Source: a virus
Lineage: Duplodnaviria > Heunggongvirae > Uroviricota > Caudoviricetes
DNA: 64,000 bases
IMG/VR virus record: IMGVR_UViG_3300032280_000361
Reading direction: 5' to 3' (one strand)
This document shows positions 37,957 to 48,700 of this stretch, piece after piece. The stretch's first letter is position 1. Each line of letters starts with the position of its first letter. Under the pieces are notes generated by a model. The model was not told the origin of the DNA, ran no database searches, and saw only the letters and a program-made list of their open reading frames with translations. The translations under genes were made by a program, and so were the position numbers.

Positions 37957-39003
37957 TTAATTACTTAATGGTGCTTTAATTTTTGGATGTGATTCGTATC
38001 CTATTAATTCGAAGCAATCAGGTCTATAACTTTTAAGTTTTTCATCTAAAGTTTTTTCACCCAATCTTTCTTTAACCAATTGATGCTGATACCAATTCCT
38101 TTCGGTGATTTGTATTGTTGGTAAATCAAATGATGTTCTACTGATTTGTTCTTTTGCTTGTTCGATGTGGTTTTTATATAAATGAACATCTCCTAAGTTT
38201 CCAATCAATTCATCGGGTATCATATTCACTTCCTTTGCAATAATCTCCAATAGTAATCCATAAGAAGCAATGTTAAATGGTAATCCTAAAAATGTATCTA
38301 CACTTCTTTGATTCCACATTAGGGAGATTGCTCTATATTTTCCAGGATGAACTATCTTTTCATCTCTTGTTGTTTTTCTCGTATACAATTGAAATCCATA
38401 ATGACAAGGAGGTAATACCATTTTGTCTAACTCTCCCACATTCCAAGCGGATACCATTAATCTTCTACTATCTGGATTTGTTTTAAGTTCGTTGATTAGG
38501 TTTTGTATTTGGTCAGTATCTTTACTACTCCAATCTTCTTGCCAATACTGACTTGTATCTACACTTTCCCAATTTCTCCATTGCTTACCATAGATTGGTC
38601 CTAACTCACCCCATTTTTCAGCAAATGTTTCATCGGTTTTGATTTTGTTTGTGAATTGTTCCTTTGTTAAACAAACATTATCATATGGCCCAGAGAATGG
38701 TGGATTTTCTTTTAACCATTCTGTTTGATAGTTTTTATAAGCATCACCATCCCAAATATGGCAATCGTAATCCAATAAGAATTTGATGTTAGTATCACCT
38801 CTTAAAAACCATAGGAGTTCTGTTACAATAGAATTCCAATGCATTTTCTTTGTGGTAAGTAATGGAAACCCCTCACTCATTTTATGTCGAAATTGATGTC
38901 CGAATTCTGATATAGTACCAGTTCCGGTTCTATCTTCTTTCTCTACACCAAATTCAATTATATCACTTAATAGTTGTTGATATTTTTTGTCTAAGTTATT
39001 CAT
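37957..39003 (-). CDS. thyA: Thymidylate synthase
   Basis: RTGTGT, PLLTTKK, LPPCH, WNQRSVDTFLGLPFNIASY, GDVHLY. Confidence 0.97.
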   Translation of the reverse strand: MNNLDKKYQQLLSDIIEFGVEKEDRTGTGTISEFGHQFRHKMSEGFPLLTTKKMHWNSIVTELLWFLRGDTNIKFLLDYDCHIWDGDAYKNYQTEWLKENPPFSGPYDNVCLTKEQFTNKIKTDETFAEKWGELGPIYGKQWRNWESVDTSQYWQEDWSSKDTDQIQNLINELKTNPDSRRLMVSAWNVGELDKMVLPPCHYGFQLYTRKTTRDEKIVHPGKYRAISLMWNQRSVDTFLGLPFNIASYGLLLEIIAKEVNMIPDELIGNLGDVHLYKNHIEQAKEQISRTSFDLPTIQITERNWYQHQLVKERLGEKTLDEKLKSYRPDCFELIGYESHPKIKAPLSN

Positions 39004-39932
39004 TATGTGAACGATAGTTTTAATCTTATTAAATCCTCAAATGATGAGGTTGTGTTTTGTTCTATTTGTTTTGTTACTTCTACAAATCCCATTTCCGAAG
39101 GGTCTTTACCACTCAATCTAACTAACTTACAATCTATTCCATTTGCAGTTAAGTATTCATAGTGCCTAATAGCATCTCCCATTGCATCATCATCTAATAC
39201 AATATTGATTGATGGTTTCTCCGTTAGGATTTTATCAGTTAATTCTTTGGAAAGTGTTTTACCTAACACCGGAGAAGCATTTCGTTTGATTGCTATTGCA
39301 TCAAATGCTCCTTCACAAAGTGTTACTGGCATTTTCCAATTTATCATTGATTCAAATCCAATTATATTTTTCGATACAGGTGGATTTTTATATTTCAATT
39401 TCTCATCTGGATAAATACTTCTAGCCAAAAAGAAATTAAGTTGATGAAGTGAATTGTAAGATGGTACGATGATTCTTCCTTTGTACATTCCACCATCACA
39501 ATATCCTATTTTATGTTTAAGAATATCCTTATCTGTTATCCCTCTTTTCTTTAGATAATTATAAGCAACTCTGAACTCTATAATATGTTGATTATCTAAA
39601 AGAGTTTTGTACTCCGATGGTAATTTTATTTCTACAAATTCTTCATCTTCGGCTTTTGCTATATATCCAGATTCATCATAGATTTTCATTATCCTTTGGA
39701 TAACATCATAATCTACACTCAACTTCTTTAATAGAGAGTGAACCTTTTTGCCCCTAGCATTACAAACCCAACATCTCCACTTCTGTGATTCTAAGTTGAC
39801 CTGTAATTTAGGTTTATGATGTGAACAAAATGGGCAATAGTATTGGATTTCGGAACTACCTAAGTTTCTTCCTTCTCCCAAAACTACATTCATTTGGCCT
39901 AGCACATATTGTTTATCTATTTCAGATATCAT
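39003..39932 (-). CDS. DNA primase (zinc finger + TOPRIM)
   Basis: CPFC..CWVC zinc finger, LCEGAFD, LDDD, KDPSEM. Confidence 0.9.
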   Translation of the reverse strand: MISEIDKQYVLGQMNVVLGEGRNLGSSEIQYYCPFCSHHKPKLQVNLESQKWRCWVCNARGKKVHSLLKKLSVDYDVIQRIMKIYDESGYIAKAEDEEFVEIKLPSEYKTLLDNQHIIEFRVAYNYLKKRGITDKDILKHKIGYCDGGMYKGRIIVPSYNSLHQLNFFLARSIYPDEKLKYKNPPVSKNIIGFESMINWKMPVTLCEGAFDAIAIKRNASPVLGKTLSKELTDKILTEKPSINIVLDDDAMGDAIRHYEYLTANGIDCKLVRLSGKDPSEMGFVEVTKQIEQNTTSSFEDLIRLKLSFT

Positions 39933-40644
39933 ATCTTTCTTTTAACCAATTAATATACCATTTGTTTCCATTGTTATTAAAATGAATATCTAATTTAGAT
40001 ACAAAGTATTCAGGACGATTTTCTGCAATATACGATTGTAAACTATGATGTTCATCAAACATAATGTGTTCACTTTTAGATAGTTGTTCACCACCATATT
40101 TTATACTGCTCAATTTTTTATCAAAATCAGATGAGTATAATAAGTATTCTAATTTTACTCCGATTGTTTCTGCCAACTTTTTTAATAACGATATTTCTAA
40201 AATCAAATCATTAAAAATTCTAACTTCATTTTGATTAATAAAAAATCCTAAATACGGCATAAAAGCCATCTTTATTAAATCGGATTCAATTGAAGACATA
40301 TTAGGATATAAAGTATGATATTTGTTCTTAAAGATATCGGTATCACCATACTTAACCATATTATCTTCGTATTTATACACACTTTGCATAAATTCTCTCG
40401 TTCCATTTATGTTAGATTGTAAAACACAAATTCTACTACAAACGGTTAATTGTATCAATATCGTAGAACCACTCACATCAATATTTCCTTTTAGTAATTT
40501 ATTGAGTTTTAATTTTACTAATTTAAGAATATGGTCGTTTGATAGTGAATGATGTGTATTAAATTCTATATCATTTAGATAATAGTCTTTAATATCCTCC
40601 GTAAATAACGAGAATGAATCTCCGAAAAGATACAATTTTTTCAT
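39922..40644 (-). CDS. SGNH/GDSL-hydrolase-like protein
   Basis: LFGDSFS, DIHFN; start MKKLYLF at 40644 (track's 40650 is a TTG inside the promoter). Confidence 0.55.
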   Translation of the reverse strand: MKKLYLFGDSFSLFTEDIKDYYLNDIEFNTHHSLSNDHILKLVKLKLNKLLKGNIDVSGSTILIQLTVCSRICVLQSNINGTREFMQSVYKYEDNMVKYGDTDIFKNKYHTLYPNMSSIESDLIKMAFMPYLGFFINQNEVRIFNDLILEISLLKKLAETIGVKLEYLLYSSDFDKKLSSIKYGGEQLSKSEHIMFDEHHSLQSYIAENRPEYFVSKLDIHFNNNGNKWYINWLKERYDI

Positions 40645-40647
40645 ACC

Positions 40648-40679
40648 CAAATATACGAAATTATTTGGAGATTTCCAAA
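40648..40679 (-). promoter_or_regulatory. Bacteroidota-type housekeeping promoter for SGNH-primase-thyA-cupin
   Basis: TTTG (40679-40676), 20 nt, TATATTTG (40655-40648). Confidence 0.78.
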
Positions 40680-41485
40680 TATTTTTTGTAAAGCTGATTA
40701 GCTAACCAATTGTGTGATTCTAAACAAGGATGGTCATCATTTACTCCTATATTTTCTCTTAGAGTGAGAGAACACTTTCTATTCATTATATCCCAACTTT
40801 CATAGGGAACATCATTGTATATGGTAGGTAGATAATGCTCATCATTCTTAACTATATCATATATAAGATTTCTCGAATACTCTTCAACTGAACCAAGTAG
40901 GAATATACATTTACATCCATATTTCTCCTCTAATATAGTGAATCTTTTTTTAACTTCCAAAAGCATTGTGTTAAATATTTTCACAAGTGTTGGATTCATT
41001 TTTTCTATATCACTTTTTGTTTGAATATGAGTAGGGTTTAATCTAGCTACTGCATATTTTATATCTTCATAGAGTTCAGCACCGAATACTCCACCGGTAT
41101 TTCTGTATTTACTCTGAGTATGTCCAATATCTCTGATAATATTAGTAAACTGAAATACACATAATTTTGGAGTTAGTGTGGTTTCAAGTTTTAGATAATC
41201 CAACCAAATATCCATAGTTTCCAGTGCACCATAGTTACTGCCACCATTTCCAAAGTTATATACTCTGTTAACCCCTATAAGTTTTCCTAATACTCCACTA
41301 TAGTTATTAGCCATTCTATATTCATAAAATTCCGAAAAAGTTTCACTTACAGTTTGACATGGTTCATATGAAGTTTTACCTTTGAATTTATCAAACGTAT
41401 TACTATACTTATCTTTCCATAAATGAAATTGTAATCCCTCACCATAAGTAAATGAATCACCTATTGTAATTAATAAATCACTCAT
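40661..41485 (-). CDS. SGNH/GDSL-hydrolase-like protein
   Basis: IGDSFTYGEG, NFGNGGSN, DDHP. Confidence 0.7.
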   Translation of the reverse strand: MSDLLITIGDSFTYGEGLQFHLWKDKYSNTFDKFKGKTSYEPCQTVSETFSEFYEYRMANNYSGVLGKLIGVNRVYNFGNGGSNYGALETMDIWLDYLKLETTLTPKLCVFQFTNIIRDIGHTQSKYRNTGGVFGAELYEDIKYAVARLNPTHIQTKSDIEKMNPTLVKIFNTMLLEVKKRFTILEEKYGCKCIFLLGSVEEYSRNLIYDIVKNDEHYLPTIYNDVPYESWDIMNRKCSLTLRENIGVNDDHPCLESHNWLANQLYKKYLEISK

Positions 41486-41924
41486 ATGTTGGTAAATCTT
41501 TTCGGAAAAACTTTCCTAATATATTATCATTAAAATAAACATCTCCATTTTCCAATACCCCCAATGAGAATAAGTACTTTGTTTCTAAATAAGTAAGATG
41601 CTTTGGGGCAAAGGCAAATTCAAGAATCTTTCTTTCAAATTCTTCTTGCTTACCTTCTTTTATAAGTTGTTTGATTTCAGAGTGAGAACCATAATATGTT
41701 TTCCAATCACTCTCCTTTTGAATCTTCTTTTTCTTACTAGCTCTTTTATCAGTTATTTCAGCTAGTTCTTTTTTACCTAATGCTTTTGTAGTTACTGATA
41801 TAAGTTGTTTCCTTCCGATATATTTCTTACCAGATGATTTATGTAATACCTCATATACAAACCCAAATGCTCCGTAGGGAATCTCACTTATATCTGAGAT
41901 TTCCTTATTATCATATTTCCACAT
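41478..41924 (-). CDS. GIY-YIG family endonuclease
   Basis: GFVY..KKYIGRKQ, WKTYYGS, YLE, FNDNI. Confidence 0.75.
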   Translation of the reverse strand: MWKYDNKEISDISEIPYGAFGFVYEVLHKSSGKKYIGRKQLISVTTKALGKKELAEITDKRASKKKKIQKESDWKTYYGSHSEIKQLIKEGKQEEFERKILEFAFAPKHLTYLETKYLFSLGVLENGDVYFNDNILGKFFRKDLPTYE

Positions 41925-41939
41925 AACCTTTATTTTTTA

Positions 41940-42173
41940 CTATCTCTTAGTAGAGGATGAATATTTGGTTGAATTAACTTTACCTTTTCTTGCACCTTCT
42001 AATACTTTTTCATCGGTATTATATCCGCTGATACCTATTGTTGCTTTTGGTCTAAATCCCTCTACGGCTATTTGTCCGTTAATTTTAGGTTGGCTAAAAT
42101 CTATCGCTTGTCCAGAAGCGTTCTTCTCCTTTATTCTAGAAGTCTTGTATAAATCAATAATTTGCTTTGCCAT
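41940..42173 (-). CDS. Small basic hypothetical protein (probably late)
   Basis: Own TATTTAT motif 17 nt upstream; fills the gap between flanking genes. Confidence 0.65.
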   Translation of the reverse strand: MAKQIIDLYKTSRIKEKNASGQAIDFSQPKINGQIAVEGFRPKATIGISGYNTDEKVLEGARKGKVNSTKYSSSTKR

Positions 42174-42190
42174 ATGTGTGTATGTTTTAT

Positions 42191-42197
42191 ATAAATA
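42191..42197 (-). promoter_or_regulatory. Candidate late promoter motif TATTTAT
   Basis: 17 nt upstream of the ATG at 42173. Confidence 0.5.
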
Positions 42198-42212
42198 TTA
42201 CTTCGTAACAGA

Positions 42213-43754
42213 TTAAGTATCAAAACGAACTACTATGTTCACTGGATAATCAGGTGTTGATTTTGGTTTGGATGGTAACTTTGCTACTGCAACTAAATTC
42301 ATCTCATCATCGTACAACCCAACGGTTGTTATGTATGGTGCCAGATATGAACCTGTTGAATCTAGAGAGGAGCTAAACTCATATTCATCAAATCCTATTG
42401 AACGAGTAACAGAGGTGCCAGGTGCCCCCCACGATGAGGTATAATTGAATGTGTGTTGTGATTTAATTCTAAAATCCAAATCAAAGAAAGAACCACTATC
42501 ACCCAATGCAGTTGGTTTGGTTTCTATGTATTTGTTTATGTACAATCCCCCACTATAATGGGTAGTAGCAGATGGGTTAGTAGATATATTGAATTCGTTT
42601 GGTTTAACTTCTAAAAACAATTCATTTTCAAATATTGTTTTTGTAGATTGAAAACTCATCTGATACCCAGCACTTCCAAAATTATAATTAGTTCCTTCTA
42701 CATACACTCCACTACTTGTACTAAATCCAGTTTGCCACGTTACTGTCGCTATACCATTTGCGTAAAATATATTACCTAATGATTTTTTTGGGTTCTGTAT
42801 TGGATATGGTAAATCCCAATCTTCATCAGCAAACATAGTTCCCATCATCATATCTATTTCATCTATATCACGTGTATCTACACCATATGGTCTATCATTT
42901 GCGTATTGATATGTTAATATCTCATCATTATCAATGATATCATTACCGAAATCATTTTCATATAAATTAAATGTATAATCCAATCCTTCGGTAGTTCTAA
43001 TAATCATACTTCCAGTATCATTACTCCCACTAAAATCTAACTCTATAACTCCTAAAAAGTCTCTATCATTATCAATTAAATTAGATTTACCATCATCAAC
43101 TATAGTTATAAATTCTCCTTTTTTACCTTTTGTATTTCTTGTTCTACCATAATCTGTTACTCTAAACGAACCTGGTTTTATACCCTCTCCTATAAATTTA
43201 TTTGGTATATTCCATAAAAAAAATCTATTTCCTATTTGTCTTTCCTGCACCGAACCCAAACTATTCATACTACCATACATTTTGGTAATATCGGTATATT
43301 TTCCTGCTAATATTTGCCCCTTATCACTAACAATATAACCATGATTATCTAAATATGATTGGAATTCATTTATATAAGAATCGGTATTGATATCATAATA
43401 GTATTCGTATGTAGTAGTATTATTAGTGATATCATTGATATTTTGTACTAAGTAATACCTTTGCTTTTTAGCCCTATGCTTTTCTAAATTCCAATTGGTT
43501 ACAACCGCTACTAATTTAGGTGCATTGTTGTAGAACATAGCTCTAATACTTCTATCAGTTGCATATTCGTTATATGAATATTGGAAATCATAATTACTAC
43601 CAGAACCATTTAGATTGAATCCTTCAAAATCTTCAAATGCACCCTCCCTACGTTCAATAGCGTGAAGATTTATTGTATCCTCATTGAAGGTCCAATTTTT
43701 GAAGACTTTAAAAGGTCTAACGGTGATATCGGATTTTGGAATTGACTTAAACAT
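42213..43754 (-). CDS. Putative baseplate/tail structural protein, tail-collar-like C-terminus
   Basis: C-terminal PYITTVGLYDDEMNLVAVAKL shared with 43841-45088; within the structural block. Confidence 0.55.
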   Translation of the reverse strand: MFKSIPKSDITVRPFKVFKNWTFNEDTINLHAIERREGAFEDFEGFNLNGSGSNYDFQYSYNEYATDRSIRAMFYNNAPKLVAVVTNWNLEKHRAKKQRYYLVQNINDITNNTTTYEYYYDINTDSYINEFQSYLDNHGYIVSDKGQILAGKYTDITKMYGSMNSLGSVQERQIGNRFFLWNIPNKFIGEGIKPGSFRVTDYGRTRNTKGKKGEFITIVDDGKSNLIDNDRDFLGVIELDFSGSNDTGSMIIRTTEGLDYTFNLYENDFGNDIIDNDEILTYQYANDRPYGVDTRDIDEIDMMMGTMFADEDWDLPYPIQNPKKSLGNIFYANGIATVTWQTGFSTSSGVYVEGTNYNFGSAGYQMSFQSTKTIFENELFLEVKPNEFNISTNPSATTHYSGGLYINKYIETKPTALGDSGSFFDLDFRIKSQHTFNYTSSWGAPGTSVTRSIGFDEYEFSSSLDSTGSYLAPYITTVGLYDDEMNLVAVAKLPSKPKSTPDYPVNIVVRFDT

Positions 43755-43760
43755 ATACCA

Positions 43761-43767
43761 ATAAATA
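43761..43767 (-). promoter_or_regulatory. Candidate late promoter motif TATTTAT
   Basis: 6 nt upstream of the ATG at 43754, just past the terminator. Confidence 0.55.
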
Positions 43768-43775
43768 TCATAATT

Positions 43776-43798
43776 AAAAAAACCCGCCGAAGCGGGTT
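43776..43798 (-). terminator. Rho-independent terminator
   Basis: Minus strand AACCCGC-TTCG-GCGGGTT then a U tract; C(UUCG)G tetraloop. Confidence 0.9.
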
Positions 43799-43810
43799 CT
43801 ATTAAAATTA

Positions 43811-43849
43811 AAGTTTAAAAATTAAGTTTAAAAATTAAGTTTAAAAATC
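43811..43849. repeat. 13-bp tandem repeat x3 (AAGTTTAAAAATT)
   Basis: Copies at 43811, 43824 and 43837 (last ends in C); overlaps the stop codon of 43841-45088. Confidence 0.9.
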
Positions 43850-45088
43850 AAGCTTTACCTTAATTAATACCTCCTTATCGAAGGATTTCGCTATTGGTTG
43901 TGAAGTTTTAGCCACAGCCATTAATTCGTTAGAATCGTTGAATAAACCAACTGATGTAATATATGTTTTAGGGTCTGTTTCGAAAGAAGGTTCTCTTAGA
44001 GTACCATCTGAACCACTTGTGAATGTAGGATTGTTAGAGAAGTTAAACTCTCTATTAGTTGCTCTTACAAAGAAGTGTTGAGTTGATACATTTTCAGTTC
44101 TTCTCATTTCAAAATCACCTCCACCTTTAATTGCGTTGAATATTCTTCTGTGATTATAAGTTTCAGCAGTAGGAGTTGTAGCAGTAGATGGTACTAACTC
44201 AGTACCTACTACTTGTGCAATAGCCGCGGGATTTAATAAAATTATACCTAAATGTGGATAGAATTTACCAAATCCTTGTTGGTTAGCTGCTACATATGAA
44301 TGAATCGTAGCATTTAATTCAGTTCCTAAATTATTAGAACCCGATACTATATTGAACACAGTTCCAGCTTTTCCTGCTTTATCAGAGAATTTCTTACCAC
44401 TATCATCGATGAAAGTAAACGAAGTACCATTAGAACCACTTAATGTGATTTTAATATTACCTGCATCTGCTTGTTGTCTATATCTAGCTCTAGCTAAGTT
44501 AATAACATAGATTTGGTCAGCTTGATACCCATCTTCTACCGATGATGAATAAAAAGTGAAGAAATCATCTGCATCACCCTCAAAGTTATTATTTAATAAA
44601 ATTCTATATTGAGAGTATATCGCCTTAGTAGGTAATAACGCGGAATCCGAAGTTGTTAACTGAACCGAACCACTGCCATATTTGTGTCCGTATGCTACAG
44701 CGAATTCTATTGGTGCAGTAGAACCTGTATTAGAACCGGTTAAGAATACATTTAAATAATACTTTGATGCATCCGAACCACTTTGTCCTGCTATAGTTGA
44801 GGTAGAACCGGTTGCAATTGCAGCATTTAAACTACCACTGCCATTACTCCATAACCCTTCGGTTACCACTTCTATTTTATTTGAAATAACATCGAAGTCT
44901 CCGAACTTTTTATATATTCCGTTTGAAATAACGCCACCACTTGATAATCCCACTTTTTCGTTAGCAGGTAAGTATTGGTTCAATAAATTAGCTACCGTAG
45001 TAGAATCTATTAAGCCCGCATTATCTACTAAATATTGGGAAAGTTTCTGGGTTAAATCTGCTCCCTGTGCTCCTGTAATTTGTGCCAT
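43841..45088 (-). CDS. Putative baseplate/tail structural protein, tail-collar-like C-terminus
   Basis: TYITSVGLFNDSNELMAVAKTSQP. Confidence 0.55.
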   Translation of the reverse strand: MAQITGAQGADLTQKLSQYLVDNAGLIDSTTVANLLNQYLPANEKVGLSSGGVISNGIYKKFGDFDVISNKIEVVTEGLWSNGSGSLNAAIATGSTSTIAGQSGSDASKYYLNVFLTGSNTGSTAPIEFAVAYGHKYGSGSVQLTTSDSALLPTKAIYSQYRILLNNNFEGDADDFFTFYSSSVEDGYQADQIYVINLARARYRQQADAGNIKITLSGSNGTSFTFIDDSGKKFSDKAGKAGTVFNIVSGSNNLGTELNATIHSYVAANQQGFGKFYPHLGIILLNPAAIAQVVGTELVPSTATTPTAETYNHRRIFNAIKGGGDFEMRRTENVSTQHFFVRATNREFNFSNNPTFTSGSDGTLREPSFETDPKTYITSVGLFNDSNELMAVAKTSQPIAKSFDKEVLIKVKLDF

Positions 45089-45105
45089 CTTATTATATTA
45101 TATTT

Positions 45106-45720
45106 TTATGCTACATAGTTTACTGTCACAGGAATAGAAATCGAACCACCTGTTTCGTTTCCATAAACTGTCAATGTTGTTACAACTGCCGAAGTTAAAT
45201 TCGGATTAGGGATGAATTCGAAAGTTAAACCTTTCTTAACATCCGCTGTTGCAGTTACATTATCACTAACAGAAATTTGTCCTGATGATGCAATACCAAT
45301 TCCTACCAAAGTACCTGCTGTCTTATCAGCTAATACCGCAGTATAACCGCTTGTTGAGTTACCCGCTGGTGAAGTTGTTGGTGAAATAGTAACTTTACCT
45401 CTTGTCTGATTAGTAGTAATTCCTGTCATAGAAATTGATACTTGAGGTATTTTAGTTGTGTTTTTTGGAAGAGTTACAAGTTTGTATCTCAAAACCTGTG
45501 TTTCATCTGGAGAAGCTTCTAATATAGGAGTAGCTTTAATTGCCGCATCATAATATGCAGAACCCTTTGGGTGTGCTGCATCAAATAATTGGTAATCAAT
45601 TTCATCATCACCCAATGCGAATTGAGTAATACCTAATTGTTGACCAGCTGCTAATTTTTCTCTACCTTTCTTTGTTAGAATAGCATCTACAATGATTTCC
45701 GAGTTATCTAAGTATGCCAT
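45106..45720 (-). CDS. Putative baseplate/tail-collar-like structural protein
   Basis: AILTKKGREKLA..ITQFALGD resembles the N-terminus of tail-collar/fibre-attachment domains. Confidence 0.5.
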   Translation of the reverse strand: MAYLDNSEIIVDAILTKKGREKLAAGQQLGITQFALGDDEIDYQLFDAAHPKGSAYYDAAIKATPILEASPDETQVLRYKLVTLPKNTTKIPQVSISMTGITTNQTRGKVTISPTTSPAGNSTSGYTAVLADKTAGTLVGIGIASSGQISVSDNVTATADVKKGLTFEFIPNPNLTSAVVTTLTVYGNETGGSISIPVTVNYVA

Positions 45721-45749
45721 GTTTTGGTTTTCTTTTTGTTATTTCTATT

Positions 45750-45756
45750 ATAAATA
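45750..45756 (-). promoter_or_regulatory. Candidate late promoter motif TATTTAT
   Basis: 29 nt upstream of the ATG at 45720. Confidence 0.45.
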
Positions 45757-45785
45757 TATAACTTATTCGTTTTATACAAAATCTT

Positions 45786-48700
45786 TTAATCTACCTCTAA
45801 AATTGGTTCTCCACTACCTCTTCCCGTAGGTCCAACTCTTAATCTATTAGGGTTAGTTGAGAATGTTTCAACCGCCGGTGTTCCATCTAATGTTGTTCTA
45901 GATGTTTGTTTAGCACCTACATAAAAACTATTTTCTAAACCTCTAGATGTATCCTTTGTGTTACTATAATGACCCGATGTTAATCCTACAAATGGTTCAA
46001 TTGCAGTTATTACACCATTTTTATATGGATATACTCCTAAATTAGCTAATATATCTATATAGAATGAATGTTGCAATGGTGCTCTAAAAGCAGGTGTAAC
46101 TAAAGAATAGTCTATTGGTTCTATTAAAATTAATTTCTTTTCGTATCTTTCTATCTTTTCTAATACTACCTTATCGGTTGGGCTCAATTTACTTGTATTG
46201 AATAATGAACCCGATAACCCATTCGCTGGTACTCTCTTAGGAACTTTTCTAGTATATTTAACCGTTATTATATATGAGTTATATCTTTCAGTTAGTACTA
46301 AATTACCAGAATCTTTATAATAAGTTCTATCAACTGCTCCGTTAAATCCTACTATTCCAAATCCTTTAATGAATGGAGAATCTGCATCATTACCCACTTG
46401 TTGATATGAATCTTCTAAATCAACTTCACCCAAAACAGTAGGATTCTGTAATCCACACTCTATTTCTATTACAATACCTCCTGCATTTGGAATATTTGAT
46501 AATATAGATGCACTCGATGTAATATTTCCGATAACACTATAATTTCCTCCAAAAGTAGGATACTCTGTTGTTATATTTAAATTTTCAATTATATCATAAC
46601 TTCCTGAATAATATGGAAGAGTTGCTTCAAAACTTATACCTTCGTTCATATTAAGAGAACCGGTATATGAAGGAACACTCATTTCTATTAGAGTGGTTTC
46701 CATTGTATTAATAGAAGCAGTATGTAATATATTTTCACCTATCGGTCTATTAATTTTAATTTTACTTCTTTCTAATAATGATGGTTCTATTAATAAACCC
46801 TTAGATACATTAGCTCTTACAGGAATTACCTGCTCTAACATATCAAACATAGATTTATCAATTGATTTAATAAGTTTTATATATTCATCAAAATTTAATT
46901 GAGTTCTCTCAAAATAATAATTTCTAAGTTGGTCTAAATCTCTATAAGTATCAGTTCCGTATTCATCATCCCAATCTCCGATATAATCTCCAATATTAAT
47001 AGGGCCTAAAGAACGAAGAATATCCAAATTCAATTCTTTAACAGGTGAGAAAAATAATCCCAATCTGTTTGAATCAATTGGTGCTCTATCATAAGCCTTT
47101 TTAGTTGCTCTTTGTTTATATGATAATTGACCGGTTAATGTAATATCTTCCGTTCTTACTTTATCCTTTCCTACAAATCCAATCGAAGGAACTTCAGCAG
47201 TTACAAATCTTTCATATACATCATAATGATATGGGTAAGAACTTGCAGTTGTAAAAATACTCGCAGTAGCATAACCACTATATCCACTAACTACAATTTG
47301 TTTATTATTAGCATCTAATGAAGAGGTATATGTTACAAATGGTGCTACGTTTTTTATAAATGCATCACCACTTCCAGTTTGTCTATTCTTAGGATATTCG
47401 AAATCTGAACGGAAGAAAAGGTCTGATGTGGATGAATATACATCGTTTCCAAATATGGTATCAGGATTTAATGTATGGGATGTTATAACAGATTCACTTA
47501 ATGCACCTCCCCAAATTCTAACCTCATCTATTGAACCACTTATACCTCCTGCATTTTGTCCACCGAAGTTAACATTACTGCCACTTAACCAACCTATACC
47601 AGTATAATATTTTGCATTGGAAACTAATGAACCTGAATTAGATGTGATTAATAAATCTAATGTATCAGATTCACTTAATGATATTCTATCACCATTAGCT
47701 TGTTTATAAAACATTGAATATTGTTCATAATCTAAACTTCTAGTTAATGTATTACCAATATATTCATTTCTACTAATAACTTCTCTTTGAATAGTAAAGT
47801 GTTTGTAGGTATTATCAAATATAGGAACATTTTGAATACTCATTGATACCAATTCAGAACCGGAAGTAACTACACCAGGACCTATGTAAACATTACTACT
47901 CGCACTCATTTGAAATACTATATCACCATATATCGTAGAACCAGATGGAACTAATTTAACATTCCATATACCACTACCAGCTCCACCAATGTTTACTAAA
48001 CTTTGTGTGTGATAAAGTGTAGTAGATTGCGATACAAACGGTAATACAGATGTTTTAAATCTTAATTCAATTGCATCCGGGTCATTAAATGATGTTCCCT
48101 CTTTCCAATCAACAGTAAGATATTCATCTCTAGCAATATTAAGTGCCGCAGTTCTATCTTCGTATGTATATTTAGTGCTCTGAGACCCACTATTCGCCGG
48201 TCCTCCAAATTCAACTATTGTTAATAATGAAGATGGTACACCATAACAAGCCATAATTGCATTAATAGCTTTCCTAGTTCCTTTGTGTTTTAATAGGTAT
48301 GGTAAATTATTAAGAATTCTTCTCCAAACTTGATTTCTTGCTTCTTCCGGTGTATAAGAAGGTGAAACGTTATTACCCAATGAGTTTTTATTCTGTGTGG
48401 TAGTTCCATCTTCATTTAAACCAAACGCATACTTCCATAATTGTTGCCCACTAAATGGTGTTTTAGGGTCCCATCCAAAGTTTTCTAATAATGTGTAAAC
48501 TAATTTATCGGATATACCATCCGTTGATTTATTAGTTACTTTTCGTATTCTATTGATACCATTTATATAAGACCATATAATATCAAAATGTTGACCTATC
48601 ATTTCTAAGAATGAAAGGAATTCTAAATTACCAGAGTCTTCTTTTATAAACTGAGGAGTATGTTTTACTAAGTAGTTTACATTTCCTCTATCATATACTT

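Noticed and set aside
37957-39932. Intron or intein in thyA or primase; ThyA as dCMP hydroxymethylase
   Set aside because: Frames are continuous with no splicing motifs; ThyA retains the dUMP-specifying Asn in PFNIASY.
41478-41924. Mobile homing endonuclease element
   Set aside because: Catalytic domain only (148 aa), no DNA-binding repeats, not in an intron or interrupting a gene; kept as a plain CDS.
43801-43860. Possible mini-CRISPR array
   Set aside because: 13-bp head-to-tail repeats with no spacers; no cas motifs in the window.
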